A stretch of DNA of 64,000 bases from positions 1,736,001-1,800,000 of the forward strand of contig JAUFOQ010000016.1 of assembly GCA_040285855.1 (NCBI GenBank), written 5' to 3'. This document shows, piece after piece, positions 1 to 12,315 of this stretch (position 1 is its first letter; each line of letters opens with the position of its first letter). The position numbers and the translations under genes were made by a program. The notes beneath the pieces are model-generated. The model was not told where the DNA came from. It ran no database searches and was given only the letters and a program-made list of their open reading frames with translations. The DNA comes from Eukaryota sp. GEM-RC1. Lineage: Eukaryota.

Positions 1-125
1 CGAACAATAAATATTGCAATCAACCATGACAAAAAATAAATATTTCAATATGTGATGGAAAAAATAAATATTTTTATGCAATAATATTTCAATATTTAAA
101 TAGAAATATTTTTTTTCAACCCCTG
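1..125. mobile_element. Probable right end of a hAT-like non-autonomous element, cut by the window edge
   Basis: Ends ...TTTTTTCAACCCCTG (reverse complement starts CAGGGG, like the other hAT ends here) and has repeated AAAATATT subterminal motifs. The partner end is not in the window. Confidence 0.35.
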
Positions 126-154
126 ATTCAATCTACTGAATGAGAATAATGCTA

Positions 155-1156
155 CACTGTCATTGACAATTAGTCTTGGTGAGACTAATTCTTAAGACAC
201 TTTCAATCAGGTGCACATATTACATTTTTTATGTGCTTCTGTATAAGTCTCTATATCTCTATATGCAATAACAGTGATGTTGATCTCAAAACAGTGTTTT
301 ACAGTACCTCTTTCGTTGGACAAATGCAAAGTTGTATTGTATACAATTCAATGAACATTCTTTTGATATCACAATGTGAATTGGTTTAAAATCAGTGAAG
401 TTAGTGTATGGTTGTGGGATTCAACCAAAACTTTTGATCGAAAGTCTGTTTTACCCATATTAACGAACAATGTAAATCGATACAAAACCATAAACGGTTA
501 ATATCGTGTAAAATACTGAATGAAATATGGTTTAAAGACCATTTATTAAGACACCAACGTCCACTGTTTGACCTTAAAGTTGAAACACATTTTCTGTAAA
601 GAGTATGTGATCAACAGTAACAGTTGTTTAATGAGATTGGTCAATGAGAAGAGGATGTGCGTTTTCGAGCTCTCAACTCAGCTTAAAGACTTTCAACAAG
701 TTCTGAACACAGTTTTGAACAAGAAAACACTACGTCGTCCCCGGTACAAAGTGTTGTTTCAAACGATTAGTTCCAGTGACGTACTGGTGGACACAATGAC
801 GACAATGAACTGTAGCTTCTGATACAACAGAACCTTTGGAAGGAGGTTGGTATACAATTAAAGCGTGATGCCAAATAATGTGGGATTTTGATACATCTCG
901 AAAGGGATATGGAATATAGAGAATTTCGAGGACATGTATCAGCACGACGAAGAAGATGTTTATTTATAGGGTGTCTCAAGTTCAAAATCAAAATGCGCAG
1001 AAATGCGCGCATCTGGCGCATTTTGACGCATTTCATTTCTGGAAAAAGTGCGCGGGTGGTGTCAAGCACGTCAAGAAAACACTGAAAAATAGTCTCCCCA
1101 AGACTAATTTATGAGTGAGACTATTTGCCTAATGAGACTAATTGTCAATGACAGTG
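155..1156. mobile_element. TIR DNA transposon derivative (TA-flanked) carrying a BED zinc-finger remnant
   Basis: Perfect 22-bp TIR CACTGTCATTGACAATTAGTCT (155-176 / 1135-1156), TA on both sides, subterminal AGACTAATT repeats. Minus ORF 730-945 reads IWHH...CRHC...GTNRLKQH. Confidence 0.85.
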
Positions 1157-1159
1157 TAC

Positions 1160-2250
1160 TAGTACATGTTCAGATTCAACTGAAATGCTATAACTATGAC
1201 AAATAACTGGACCTGCTCCAAATGATGCTCCACAATGGTCTTGATGTTGATACATGCTAACTTGTTAGGATTCCGAACCTTGGCGCTACCATGACATTCT
1301 TCTCTACATTCTTGGCACTTGCATCTCAACAAAGCGTGATACTTTACCAGAGATTCCTTCTTTCCTTTCCATGGTTTTGGATTAATGATTTTTTGAACAC
1401 TTTAACTGGCTTCCAACAAGTAGGACCCTTACAGAGTCATAGAAGGTTTCATAAACGGTTGACTTTGAGTTTTCTTTGGATGATGCCGACTCTTCTTGTT
1501 CAACTGTTTTTCCATCTTGGACAATGAATTTCTGTTTCTTTCCTCTTCTAAACGTTTAATGAATCTTGACCACCTGGACCATTCTGTTTCTGTCAATCTT
1601 AGCCACTCATATTCTTTGTCTCTTCTTTCTCGGTCTTTTTCTTCAGGAAATGGCCTATTTACTTCTCTCTGAACAAAAATAGAGTAAATCTGTTTTTCCA
1701 GGGTTAATAACACTTTTGTTTTCAATGAAAACTCGTCAACATCATAGTCTTGAACATATTCTTCTTTACTGGAGAACTTTGCACTGTCTGGTTTAAATAA
1801 CATTCCCACACATTCCTCTCTGGTAAGTTCAACACAAGCAGAGAAACCATCAGTTTTTATGGTATTGTTAAACTTATAACCTTTCTTTTAAATGGACGAT
1901 TAAAATTGACAAAGTGCGACCAGAATAAGTTTTGTTGTTCAGTAGATATTTTTGAGTTTCTCCTATCGTATTCCACTCAGATTGTCTTTTCTTGAATTCA
2001 CTTGTTGTGTTGACAAAGTGGAACGTAATAATCTCCAAAGACCTTGAGTGATGATTGTCACTGCAATTATGTGACGAATCTATTTAATGAATTCAGTAAC
2101 CCTATAAGCCAGTTCTATTGGGTCATAGCTAATTTTTTTCTCAATTTGAGAAAATTGCGAACCAAAAACCTCCTCAAACAACATTTTGTACACTCAATGG
2201 ACATTTCAAGTTTCACACTTCAAGTGAAACGTACTGGTATTAGCTCATTC
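1160..2250 (-). pseudogene. Decayed Fanzor (TnpB-like) gene
   Basis: Frameshifted minus-strand motifs in Fanzor order: FWSHF..., KFNNTIKTDGFSACVEL (~1830-1875), VINPGKTDLLYF (RuvC-I with D to N, ~1700), INPKPWK, and HALLRCKC...RNPNKLACINI (Zn finger/RuvC-III, decayed). The RuvC-II segment is missing. Confidence 0.75.
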
Positions 2251-3689
2251 TCAAAGTTCAACATGTTTCTATCAATGTTGGGTTCATTTGACAGCTTCGC
2301 AAGAATGACTTCAACTGAATTATTTGAAGGTGGTGGACGTTCATCAGCAATTAATGACATAATTAGTTTCTCAATTGTCTTTGTTTTTACCAGTATATCA
2401 GGCCCACCATGTATAAACTACAGCTTTGGTCTTGAGAAGTGTAACTCTCACAATTCTTTTCAACTGATTGACTGTGTGAATCATTCAAATTTTTGAAAAA
2501 TGTCCGGTGAACCTTTGTTGAGATACGCTTCACATGGAGAAATTGGATCAGTAGTTCCTTCAATGTTCAATTGATATTTAATTCTAGGAGGAACTTTCAA
2601 ATTAAGCATTGCAGAAATTTGAAGCAAGAAATTACTGTTAGAGCTAACTTTAACTATGAACTGAACTATAAGAGAACAAATTGGTTTTTCAGTGATGACA
2701 GTCATTTTTGACCAAGGTGTTGTTTTCACCAAACGTTTGAATTCACTAACAATAGCAAAATGAAGTTTAAACGTTGCCTTGATGTCAAGGATCCAATACT
2801 AAAAACATCTGAAGACCCAACATGTTCACATGGACGTGCTTTTGAAAACTCTGCTCCAAAAGATGGATGTACTAATACTTCATACATTGGCAGATTCAGT
2901 TCATGAATTGTGTTCAAAAAGTTTCACAACTACTGATGTTCTCAAGAAATTATGGATTTTTAACTCTATCAGCCAATATATGACGAAGTTATGTCGAGTA
3001 TCCTTGTTTGTATTGTTTTGAAGGTTGTAAAGAGTATTCCATTGAACATTCCTGTTTAGTAATGTTGTTCAGACCAAGACAGCAGTTGGTAACCATTTCA
3101 TTTTAATGGCATATTAATCCACTCATCTGAATATTCATTTGGAATTATATTGTGATAAATCTCACTTATGAATTCTGTTTTTGATCATCAGACAGCTGAA
3201 TTTGGTCTCTGAAATTGTGTGACATTGTCCAAATTTCCTTAAAAATCAACCATCATTTAGACATGTATGGCATAAATAAACTATACACAGACGGTTTTTT
3301 CTGTCTAGGAGGATTGTTGACTCTGAAAGAAATTTTGGTCAAAAATATACGAATAACCAGGTTCAATATTTTTTCGAGGCGAAAAAATTGATAGCATTCT
3401 ACTCTATCAAATTGAGGAAAATCGTTGAGTTGGTCTTCAGATCCAAAAAAACTACTTTGCGCTGACTGACTCGAAATTTTGCTTGTTTTACTAAGAGTTT
3501 CTAAATATGTTTGAACAAATGTGTTCATTATTTGGCTACAAGTTCAAGAGGTTGTACTGTAAGAGTATATTTGCCTTTTCGCTTAGTAAATCAATGTATA
3601 GAGATGTTGCATCCAAAAGTATAAGTTGTTTTAGACGTTCTGTAAATCTTTGTTTCCAAATTTTGTTACTCCTCTCCTAAAAGCCTTCT

Positions 3690-4423
3690 ATGGATCGCGA
3701 CCCTTCTATATTACCGACAAGATTTAATCTTCAACAACTCTCAATTCAACTGAAATCTGCAGTTGATGGTCACTCTCTTTTAAAACGAAAATCTGATGCT
3801 CTACTAGCTCACAACCACAAAGTCACACGTCAAATAGCAAAAGTTCAGCAAGCAGTTGACAAGTCAGTAAAGGACGCTCTTTTAGTCTCTCACAAGTTAT
3901 TTGGGTTTCAGGATCTGATATATCATACTTATCTGAACAATGTCCGCCACATGCCTCTGTTAAAGTTGTCACTGACAGTTTTACTGTTGCTGGTGTCAGA
4001 CTTCCCGTTCTTGAGCTGCGAAAAGAGCGATCGACTGATCTCGATCTCACAGGATTGGCGAAAGGAGGTGAAGCCATCAGTCAATGTAGAACTATGTTCA
4101 TCTCCGCAATCGATCAGATCGTTAAACTTGCATCTCTTCAAACTGCCATACAATCATTGAAAGAAATCATACTAAAAACAAATCGAAGAGTCAATGCTAT
4201 TGAACATTTTATCATACCAAAATTAGAAGCCACTGAGAAGTGGATATCTGCTGAACTTGAGGAACAAGAAAGAGAGGAGTTCTTTCGAATGAGAATGGTT
4301 CAGAAAAACAACAAGAAGCGGCAGAAGGAGTCTCTCGTGATCAAGGATGTTGATTTTGTCAGTCCGTCTGATGTCGACCTTCTCAAAGCAGGATTAGATG
4401 ATGATACTATCATTATTATTTAA
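3690..4423 (+). CDS. ATP6V1D: V-type proton ATPase subunit D (one frameshift near 3950, probably an assembly error)
   Basis: Motifs PTRFNL, GHSLLKRKSDAL, TNRRVNAIEH and ELEEQEREEFFR across ORFs 3690-4160 and 4055-4423. Confidence 0.95.
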
Positions 4424-6239
4424 ATATTTATTGGAGATGATTGCTGAGCTTATCAGTTTGTCTTACCATTCACTGGGTGATGGGAATCAATTGTATATAT
4501 GTTCTGAACTTAGATTTTTTTCTCGATATTGAGCTCTTTGTAGGGGTTTTTGGAAAGTTCTGTGATAACAACTTTGACGGGATAAAGTAACGACACTTGG
4601 TCGGTATTATTGTGTTGCTAGTAAGTTTGAGATGTCGCAGGAACGCACTTCTATCTGGTTCACAAAAATTCTTCAAAGAAAGACCTAGACACAAGTAAAT
4701 ATGGAAACACTATGCACCAGAAAAGTCTGATCAGCAGCATCACAGTTCTACTTAAAATTGACTTCGAATAGAATAATAAAAATTAATAATAATTCCAAAT
4801 TGAGAAGACATTTCACCAGTTCAATTAAAATAGGAATAACAAATAGAACAAATACAAATATCGTTTAATTTGATTACGATTTGAACACTACTGGAACATA
4901 CATTTTTATGTGTTTTTCGGCCGTTTCTGAGTCAATACAACCATTTGAAAGCAGATTGTTGATATAAGCATTGAAAGAAACAAATAACCTTGTACTTTCA
5001 TTGATATTTTGACTGGAATCAATAAAGGAACAATGTAAGTCTCCTCAAAGAGAATTGTTAATTAAATAGAGATTGAACTTTGTGAATAGCAGTTCAACTT
5101 ACATATAAATGTGTTCATTCTGGTGTAACAATGTTCTGTTATATACATCTGTGAAGTACACAATGCCAGCATAAATGTGGTCTCTCATCTCTTCTATCCA
5201 GCTACACTGATTTGTTAATCCTGGATTAAGGTCGTAGTCCCCACTCAAATCTACTTCTGAAACAAATATCTGATTTGGTAGTATAAACGATAAGGGTTGT
5301 GAGTTTGTCGATTGAGAAAATTTTCAATATGTCAGATTGATATTCAGTTGATTGACTTCCCTATCTCAACTTCGAAAATGCTGGTGCACTTGTCCAGTGC
5401 TTTTCCAAGGAATTCCAAAGCTCATACATACTAGTATGTTTAATGGTCAAACCTGACTTCTGACGTCCTCTTTTCGTCCGACCCTAGTTTACTGTATCAT
5501 CCCCGGTTGGTATAATACTAGATTCTTTTTTTAATCCGGTAAAGGCTGCAAAAAATTCAAGCATTCCAAGTATGACTCCCAAGAAGAAGAATTAGATGAA
5601 AAATCAAATTTAAAAAATTTGTTTTACAACCTTTGGTTGTTCTCTTTTTCGATCGATTAGCAGGTGAACAATTTTTCAAGAGTTTTAAAGAACTGAGTTA
5701 AGAAAAGAAGCGTCAGTTTAAAACGTCTGAATGTAAGAACCATGTGTTTTCTACTTATCAGATTCTGCTTTCTCTTTCTCTCGATTAGTTGAGAAACTAT
5801 ACAAATTAGGTGTGAAGGTTACCAGAGCGGGATGAAGTCGTTTGGATTTAGCCTTAATGGTGTCTATTTGCTTTTGCAATTTCATATTTGTTTAGGAATG
5901 TTACCTTTTTGGGGACCGAATTCTGTGTAATTACTCTTGTCATTATTTACCTTACATTAGAGGATGTTAAGCTGTAAAGTTTGAGTGTAACGAAAAGCTG
6001 GTAATTTACAACTTTTCCAAACTAAATTATTGTAATGTACTGTCATGATTAATAACGGTTTAGAACAGTCGAAACACTGGAACGCATTTCGTACATCTAC
6101 AAGATGGTACAGTAAACTGTCTTAACATTCGTGGAGATGAACAATAGAATGTCTAAGTATGCAGCATATAGTGTGAAAGACATGATGTACGTATGTAACA
6201 AAGGCATTGAGTAATTCAATTACTAGTTGATTATTAGTA

Positions 6240-6314
6240 CAGTCAAAACTGTTTATAGCGGGAATATATGTACCTACGCTATATAGAGTTTCACGCTATA
6301 AACAGTTTTGACTG
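6240..6314. mobile_element. 75-bp Tc1/mariner-pogo-type MITE
   Basis: 21-bp TIR CAGTCAAAACTGTTTATAGCG (6240-6260 / 6294-6314) flanked by TA on both sides. Confidence 0.8.
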
Positions 6315-6363
6315 TAGTGCTTTTAAAACAAAAAATTTATTCACAAGTGCTAGTAAAAGAAGT

Positions 6364-6834
6364 TTAAGATCTGAGAGCTCGTAAAACTTTGGACATACGA
6401 GACTTAGGATGATGATGACAATCCTTCAAAATTTCATGGAACTGTTCACGGGTGGAAGATTCATCACGAACAAGAGGCATGAGTTCAGTAGCTTTGGGCT
6501 TTAAACATTTTTCACAACGCTTTTGGAACTTGGGATACTCTTTCCTTTCGGAACAAAATGCGTCAACAACATCTACGTCAGACATTTCAGGATGTTCTAA
6601 GGCGAACGCGCGGAGTTTCAAAATCATTTTCTTACCATGATGCTTTGGATGTCCTTCACGGTCCCCTTTTACACGATCCATGGCGGATGACATTAAGTGT
6701 TTGGAAAGACGAGGTACGTCTTTGAGTTTTCTACCCATGCCCGAACGGATTTTCTCCATCAGTTTAGGTCGAGGTTCTTCGACGGCAGCTGCTAGTACAA
6801 CAAGGAGGAGAATAGCGACAAAGTAGATCTTCAT
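6364..6834 (-). CDS. Hypothetical secreted basic protein
   Basis: Signal-peptide-like start MKIYFVAILLLVVLAAA in an uninterrupted ORF. No family recognised. Confidence 0.7.
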   Translation of the reverse strand: MKIYFVAILLLVVLAAAVEEPRPKLMEKIRSGMGRKLKDVPRLSKHLMSSAMDRVKGDREGHPKHHGKKMILKLRAFALEHPEMSDVDVVDAFCSERKEYPKFQKRCEKCLKPKATELMPLVRDESSTREQFHEILKDCHHHPKSRMSKVLRALRS

Positions 6835-7391
6835 TGCAAGAAAAATGATTGTTGTGTGCGGAAAATAGCAAAACAACAATCATTATCTGCCAACGTTGCA
6901 ATGCAAATGTTGCTGAACGTACCCACTTCTTATGGAATCTTCTTAGTCTGATCCAGACTAATTCTTTATCCAGACTAAGTACTCTGAATACTGCAATATC
7001 TTACTAACAGAGTTCTTATTGCAAGTATCAGCAGGAGTGAAATGCATTATCCATTATATGTATAACTCGACTTTAATTATCCGTGGTTGTGTGTGTTTAG
7101 TGTAATTGTTCCTCGTTAAAATTAAATGTGGTACGGCATTTATTTATTTGTGTTAAACAGTTGAGCGTGCTCTAGGTTCTGTGGGCTTTGTCACTTGGCA
7201 ATTGACTAAATAGAAAGAGTCAGAATAACAAAAATCAATTCTGTTACAGAAATTTTACGTTGATCGTTACAATCTATGGGCCAATTATCCAGGACTTTGA
7301 AGGACTGATTGTTTTCTTGATACATGTTCACAATATTTTCGATACTTTATCCAATGTGTCATACGGCTTTCATCAAAACTGCGCCACAGTT

Positions 7392-7465
7392 GCTCTGTTA
7401 GCTCAGTTGGTTAGAGCGTGGTGCTAATAACGCCAAGGTCACAGGTTCGACCCCTGTACAGAGCA
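7392..7465 (+). tRNA. tRNA-Ile (anticodon AAT)
   Basis: GCTCTGT/ACAGAGC acceptor stem, D arm TAGCTCAGTTGGTTAGAGC, anticodon loop CT-AAT-AA, T arm GGTTCGACCC. Confidence 0.97.
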
Positions 7466-7471
7466 TTTTTT
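7466..7471 (+). terminator. RNA polymerase III terminator (T6)
   Basis: T-run immediately after the tRNA. Confidence 0.8.
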
Positions 7472-7819
7472 GTGGTTGAAAGCCATCAATTAAGACAATC
7501 AATATATATTTATACCTATATATCTTTCACACTAATAACAACACATTATGAAACAACACAACTTTTCTTTTTTTAAGAAAAAAGTTGGGATCTATGGGAT
7601 ATATTCAGAAAAGTCCCAACTCTATTCTGTCCCAAGTTTAGTATCTCCCAACTTTCTTCAGCCCAACATTTTTACAAATACGGTATGGTATTAGAGCTAT
7701 GAGAGTATTTGCAAAAATGTACATCAATTCTTTTCTAAACATATTTCGATCATCAATGTAACGTAATGCCTTGCTATTTCTCTCGTTTGGTTTTAATTGT
7801 GATAATAGAACAAAAACTA

Positions 7820-8360
7820 CTCTCTTCACAACAATTAGTCTGAAACAGACTAATTATGAATGTCCAGTGAAACAGTACCAAGCAATAGTTACTCTGATTC
7901 AGACTAATTACTGATTCAGACTAATTGATGACTGGGAATATTAGTCTGAATCAGAATAATTATGAATATTCATATTTAGTCCGAACAGCTTTCTCCCACA
8001 AACGGAATTCCTTGACCATAAATTGTTGTTATGTCTTCACAAATGTTATATTGAACACCACGATCGTTGTTTGCACCGTCAATGTTTGTTTTAGACCGAA
8101 GAAATTCAGAAACAGGACTGGTCTGCTAGCAGTTTGTTAAAAATTGATTAGTAAACGAATTGTCCTTCAAAAAAGTGTCAATGGTGTGGGACAAGATTTG
8201 TATCCGTCAATTCAAACAGTGTCTAGAACAAAAATGAAATCTTTAAAGGGACTGTTTCATACCATTTCACTTAAAAATGTTCGACATCCCTAAAGTGATC
8301 AAACAATAATTAGTGTGATTCAGACTAATTATGAATTCAGACCAATTGTTGTGAAGAGTG
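7820..8360. mobile_element. TA-flanked MITE related to the 155-1156 element
   Basis: 24-bp TIR with 2 mismatches (CTCTCTTCACAACAATTAGTCTGA versus the reverse complement of 8337-8360), TA flanks and internal TCAGACTAATT repeats. Confidence 0.75.
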
Positions 8361-9545
8361 TAGAATTCAATAACATTACAGCACCATTCATTGCCATTGA
8401 AAGTCACAGCTTCTTTTTTTAAACATCTTTTGATGATAAGAGCTAAATGAGCTTTTGACAACATAACAGGAATGATTTTAACGATTGTGAAGACGGTGAG
8501 GGCCAAAACTTATGATCAAATGTCTTGTAAATTCTTTGTTTATTAATTTCCTCAAAATCAAAGAGAAAACAAAGTGCATAATGAAACGAATATTTCATTG
8601 CGTATCTTTATGAGGAATGATATATCAATCAATCATTTTTACCAAGTCGTTAAGTCACCCATTTATTTTTCCGTCAGAAGTTTTTCCCAATTAAAAAGGA
8701 GGTTATTAGTATTAGATTTGGTAAATTGAAAACTACTACTAGTATTTTAGTACTGAAAGTATTAAATTTTCCAACTAAATCAAGGGTAAGTTCAATACAG
8801 ATTGAGCCCAAAATCTGGGTCACTTTTGAAGCAAAGCAAGTAGTCAAAAATGAAACTGAAATACGGTTACTGAGTTTCAGGTCCACACTCAGTAAAAGCT
8901 GAACGAAATAATTTCCGATGACTCATCCAAATAATACAACACTTGATTGCATCTCAAGTTCAATTGAAAAATAGAAAGGGGTGGGCTTTTCAAAATGACA
9001 CTCTTTTTTGACTCCGAAGAGTGTGGAACCAATATGATGTATCTTTCATCTATGTGCTTTCGAAGACGTCAAAAGGTAGATCTACCGTCCAAAGCTACCC
9101 CTGACCAGCTTGAAGCAACTGTTCACTCAAGCCTTAAGCCAGAGATATATCTGCTGTAGAAGTGGTGGTGAAGATACCATTTCCGAAGTTGTCCGGGTTT
9201 GAATAAAAGAGGAATGCAACGAATAATGAATAGACTGAACTCATGTTGTACTGGTGAATTCTTTGCCATAATGTGTACAAAAGTTTCAAAATGTGATTCT
9301 ATACAATAATATTATCGAAAGTCTGAATGCGAAAACGGATGTTACCGTGCTAGTGTAGCACGTTTGAAGAAAAACATTTGAAAAGAAAACAGGAGACTGG
9401 GTTGTAGTTCGACTGTTGGCAATAGATCAATGAAGGAAAATCTGTAAACAATGGTGATCAAACGGGTATTTGTTTGGTCAATTGAACAAATAAAAACAGA
9501 ATGCAAGTAGTTGAAGATGAGGAGGAGCTGATGAACGATCTGATC

Positions 9546-9918
9546 CAGTGTTCGAAAACACACGTGTCATTCAGAAAACGAACGTGTGAAACACGTTTCC
9601 GAACCGCACACGTGTCCGAACTGTGTGAATTCAACAATTCCATCCTTTCAAAGATTTCTCACTCTCCCCTCATTTCAAGATGACTGGCTCTCAACAAATC
9701 CTAATGATGATGACATTAACGATGTAACTGACGTTGAAGACTCAGAGGATGATGTGATATAGGACCCTTTTCTTGTATGTAGTGACTAGTGACAAAATAA
9801 AGTACCTCTACTTTTTGAGAACAAAAGGTGCACACGTGTCCAAAAACAAACCGAACGTGTGAAACACGTTTCCGAACCGCACACGTGTCCGAACGTTTCC
9901 GACACATTTCGAACACTG
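9546..9918. mobile_element. hAT-type MITE
   Basis: 12-bp TIR CAGTGTTCGAAA, exact 8-bp TSD ATCTGATC (9538-9545 / 9919-9926) and a duplicated subterminal GAACGTGTGAAACACGTTTCCGAACCGCACACGTGTCCGAAC block. Confidence 0.9.
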
Positions 9919-9997
9919 ATCTGATCTATGAGATTTCAAGAGTGATTCATTCCAAGTCTACCACAGTCTGATTCTATTTTCGTCTCTTGATACTAAT

Positions 9998-12315
9998 ATG
10001 TTTCAACACTTCTGTGGTCGCTCACGAGTAGATAGTACTTGCACCAACTCTATAGGTCTTGCACTTGATGTTGATTATGCAGGGAGAGATCGTGTTGACA
10101 GTCTTGGGGTAAGTTCTCCTGTTTTTACACAGCAGCTTCATCGCGATGCTCCCTCAACATTGTCGCAATACACAAAGGTTGCGAAAGTTGGTAGCGGGGC
10201 CTCTGGTGAAGTTTGGCTTTGTCTTAATGCTGAGAAACAGGAAGTTGCCATGAAGATCATCCCACTTAAGCGTACTCATGGTCCTGATTTGTTATCCAAC
10301 GAAACATTACGAGAAATTGCCATTCTCCGCAAACTTGACTATCCCAACATTTTACGCTTGCAAGATTACGTTGTGGACCCTGATGCTCGAAAGATCTACA
10401 TCGTCACTGAGTTCTGTGATATGGGTCCATTGATCAAAGACAGTGACATTGGTTCTTATAAGCCTCTATCTCCTGCCAAATCACGCAAAATCTTTGGTCA
10501 AATAGTTGCTGGACTGCACTATATACATTCAAATGGTATCGCTCATAACGATATTAAACCGTCTAATATTCTCCTAAGTCGCTCTAAAGATGCCTCGCTG
10601 CGGGTTGTTATAGCTGATTTTGGTATCTCATCTCGTCTGGGCAGATCGGTTTCTTACTTTCAAGGCTCTCCGCTGTTCCTTGCTCCTGAGTGTTTAACAC
10701 AAGAACCTGGAGGTGATGACTTTTCTGACGGCACTGCTGCTGATATCTATGCCTTGGGTGTTTGCCTCTATGTGCTCTGCTTCGGTCGTTCTCCGTGGGG
10801 AGACGTTATCACACGTGATGGACTTGAACAAGCTGTTTCCAGATTATGTAGCTGGAAAACGAATTCTAGAAGTTCCTGCTGGTGGAGATGAAGCTCTTGA
10901 ACATCTCATCCGCTCCATGTTACACCCTAATCCCACTAAAAGAGCAACAATCAAAGAAATCCTTGCTGATCCTTGGCTTATGGCTAATACTGATTTGCCT
11001 ACCTACATCAATGCTGACAATAACCGCGCTCTTTCAATTTCCCTAAGTAGAACGGACATTGACAACGCTGTAACTGTTGTTTCAAACATCGACTTCGAAA
11101 CAAGAGTTGGAAGTGACACGTGGTCTGCTACTCATTTGTCTGAAGCTCAACGTAACCTACTTGTTTTCCATTCTGCCATTAATCTATTGAATCTTTGTAC
11201 TAGGTTGATGGATCTTGCTGGAGCTCACTGTTCACCCAATAGATCCCGCATTACTGAACAACTTCTGTCCTGGACCTCGTCGTGTTGTGATGAATCCGTA
11301 GACCCCGCTGACGTATGCTTTACCAGTCTTCAATATGGACTGACTTTTATTGAGTGGTCCAAGGCTCTTGAAGAGGACGTTGTATCGTCAATTGATGACG
11401 TTACTGAAACAAAGAGATATGAATTCAAGATGAAGCAACTTGACTATGTTAAGAATAAGGTACTGCCTATCTTAAAACAACGTATTCAAGAACTTGTATT
11501 TAGATTGAAGGCATCAGAGGTCAATCCTAATCATAACATTGATTGTGTGGGGCCGTGGAGGTATTTCAAAGCAAAGAATATCTGTAATAATTTTAAAGCA
11601 GTTTTTGATGCTATTTCACATAATCCTGATTCATCATCCAGAATTCATTTCATTTGTAATGCACAATGCGTTCTTAAGCCACCGTGTACTTCGCTTCCTG
11701 TCCACACCATTCACCTGGATGTTGGTATATCTGATGTAGGATTTTCTGATCACTTTTGCTCCTCGTCTGGTGATGAAATGGTCCTACCAAAGACTCATAC
11801 TTCTGACAAGGAATTGATTAATCCTGTCTATCTTCCCGCTGTTGCTGTTGACATCCTTCGTGATTTAATTTGTAACTCTCGAAAGTATAGTCCTCCTGGT
11901 ACTGTGATTAGAGCTGCTGTCTGGAATCAGATGAATAAGGGTCGGAATTACCTTCACATGGGTGTAAATGATGCTGGAATTGGCATGGAGGATCCTGAAG
12001 CTCTAGTTCAATTTGGAGCCACGGGAAATCAAGAACGTAGAGGTTTTGGAAGAGGATTTGGTCTTACAAAGTGTTTTGTCACTGTTACGTCGTTTTTGAA
12101 TGGTACTTTCTCAGTGACCTCACTTCGAGATCGTGGTACTTGCATTCAAATAGCTATCCCTGTACCAGAAGAAGCAAAGGTCAATATTGACACTCGCCCT
12201 CCTTGGATTTTTTGCAGGTTCTCAACTTAACGTCGAAGAAGTAAGTCAGTTTGATGATATTGATAGTGACGTTTCATTTGACAGTGACTATAGTGATGTA
12301 GAAATGTTTGACTAG
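9998..12315 (+). CDS. Ser/Thr protein kinase fused to a histidine-kinase-type HATPase_c domain, copy 1
   Basis: Kinase motifs GSGASG, VAMK, HNDIKPSN, DFG and APE. C-terminal N box (RDLICNSRKY), G1 (NDAGIGM), G2 (GRGFGLT) and GTCI. Frameshift near 10840; an acidic tail runs to 12315 in the +1 frame. Confidence 0.88.

Noticed and set aside
4700..5800. Possible decayed LRR-family gene (also about 8600-9500)
   Set aside because: Only scattered fragments with many stops, so it cannot be supported without alignment.
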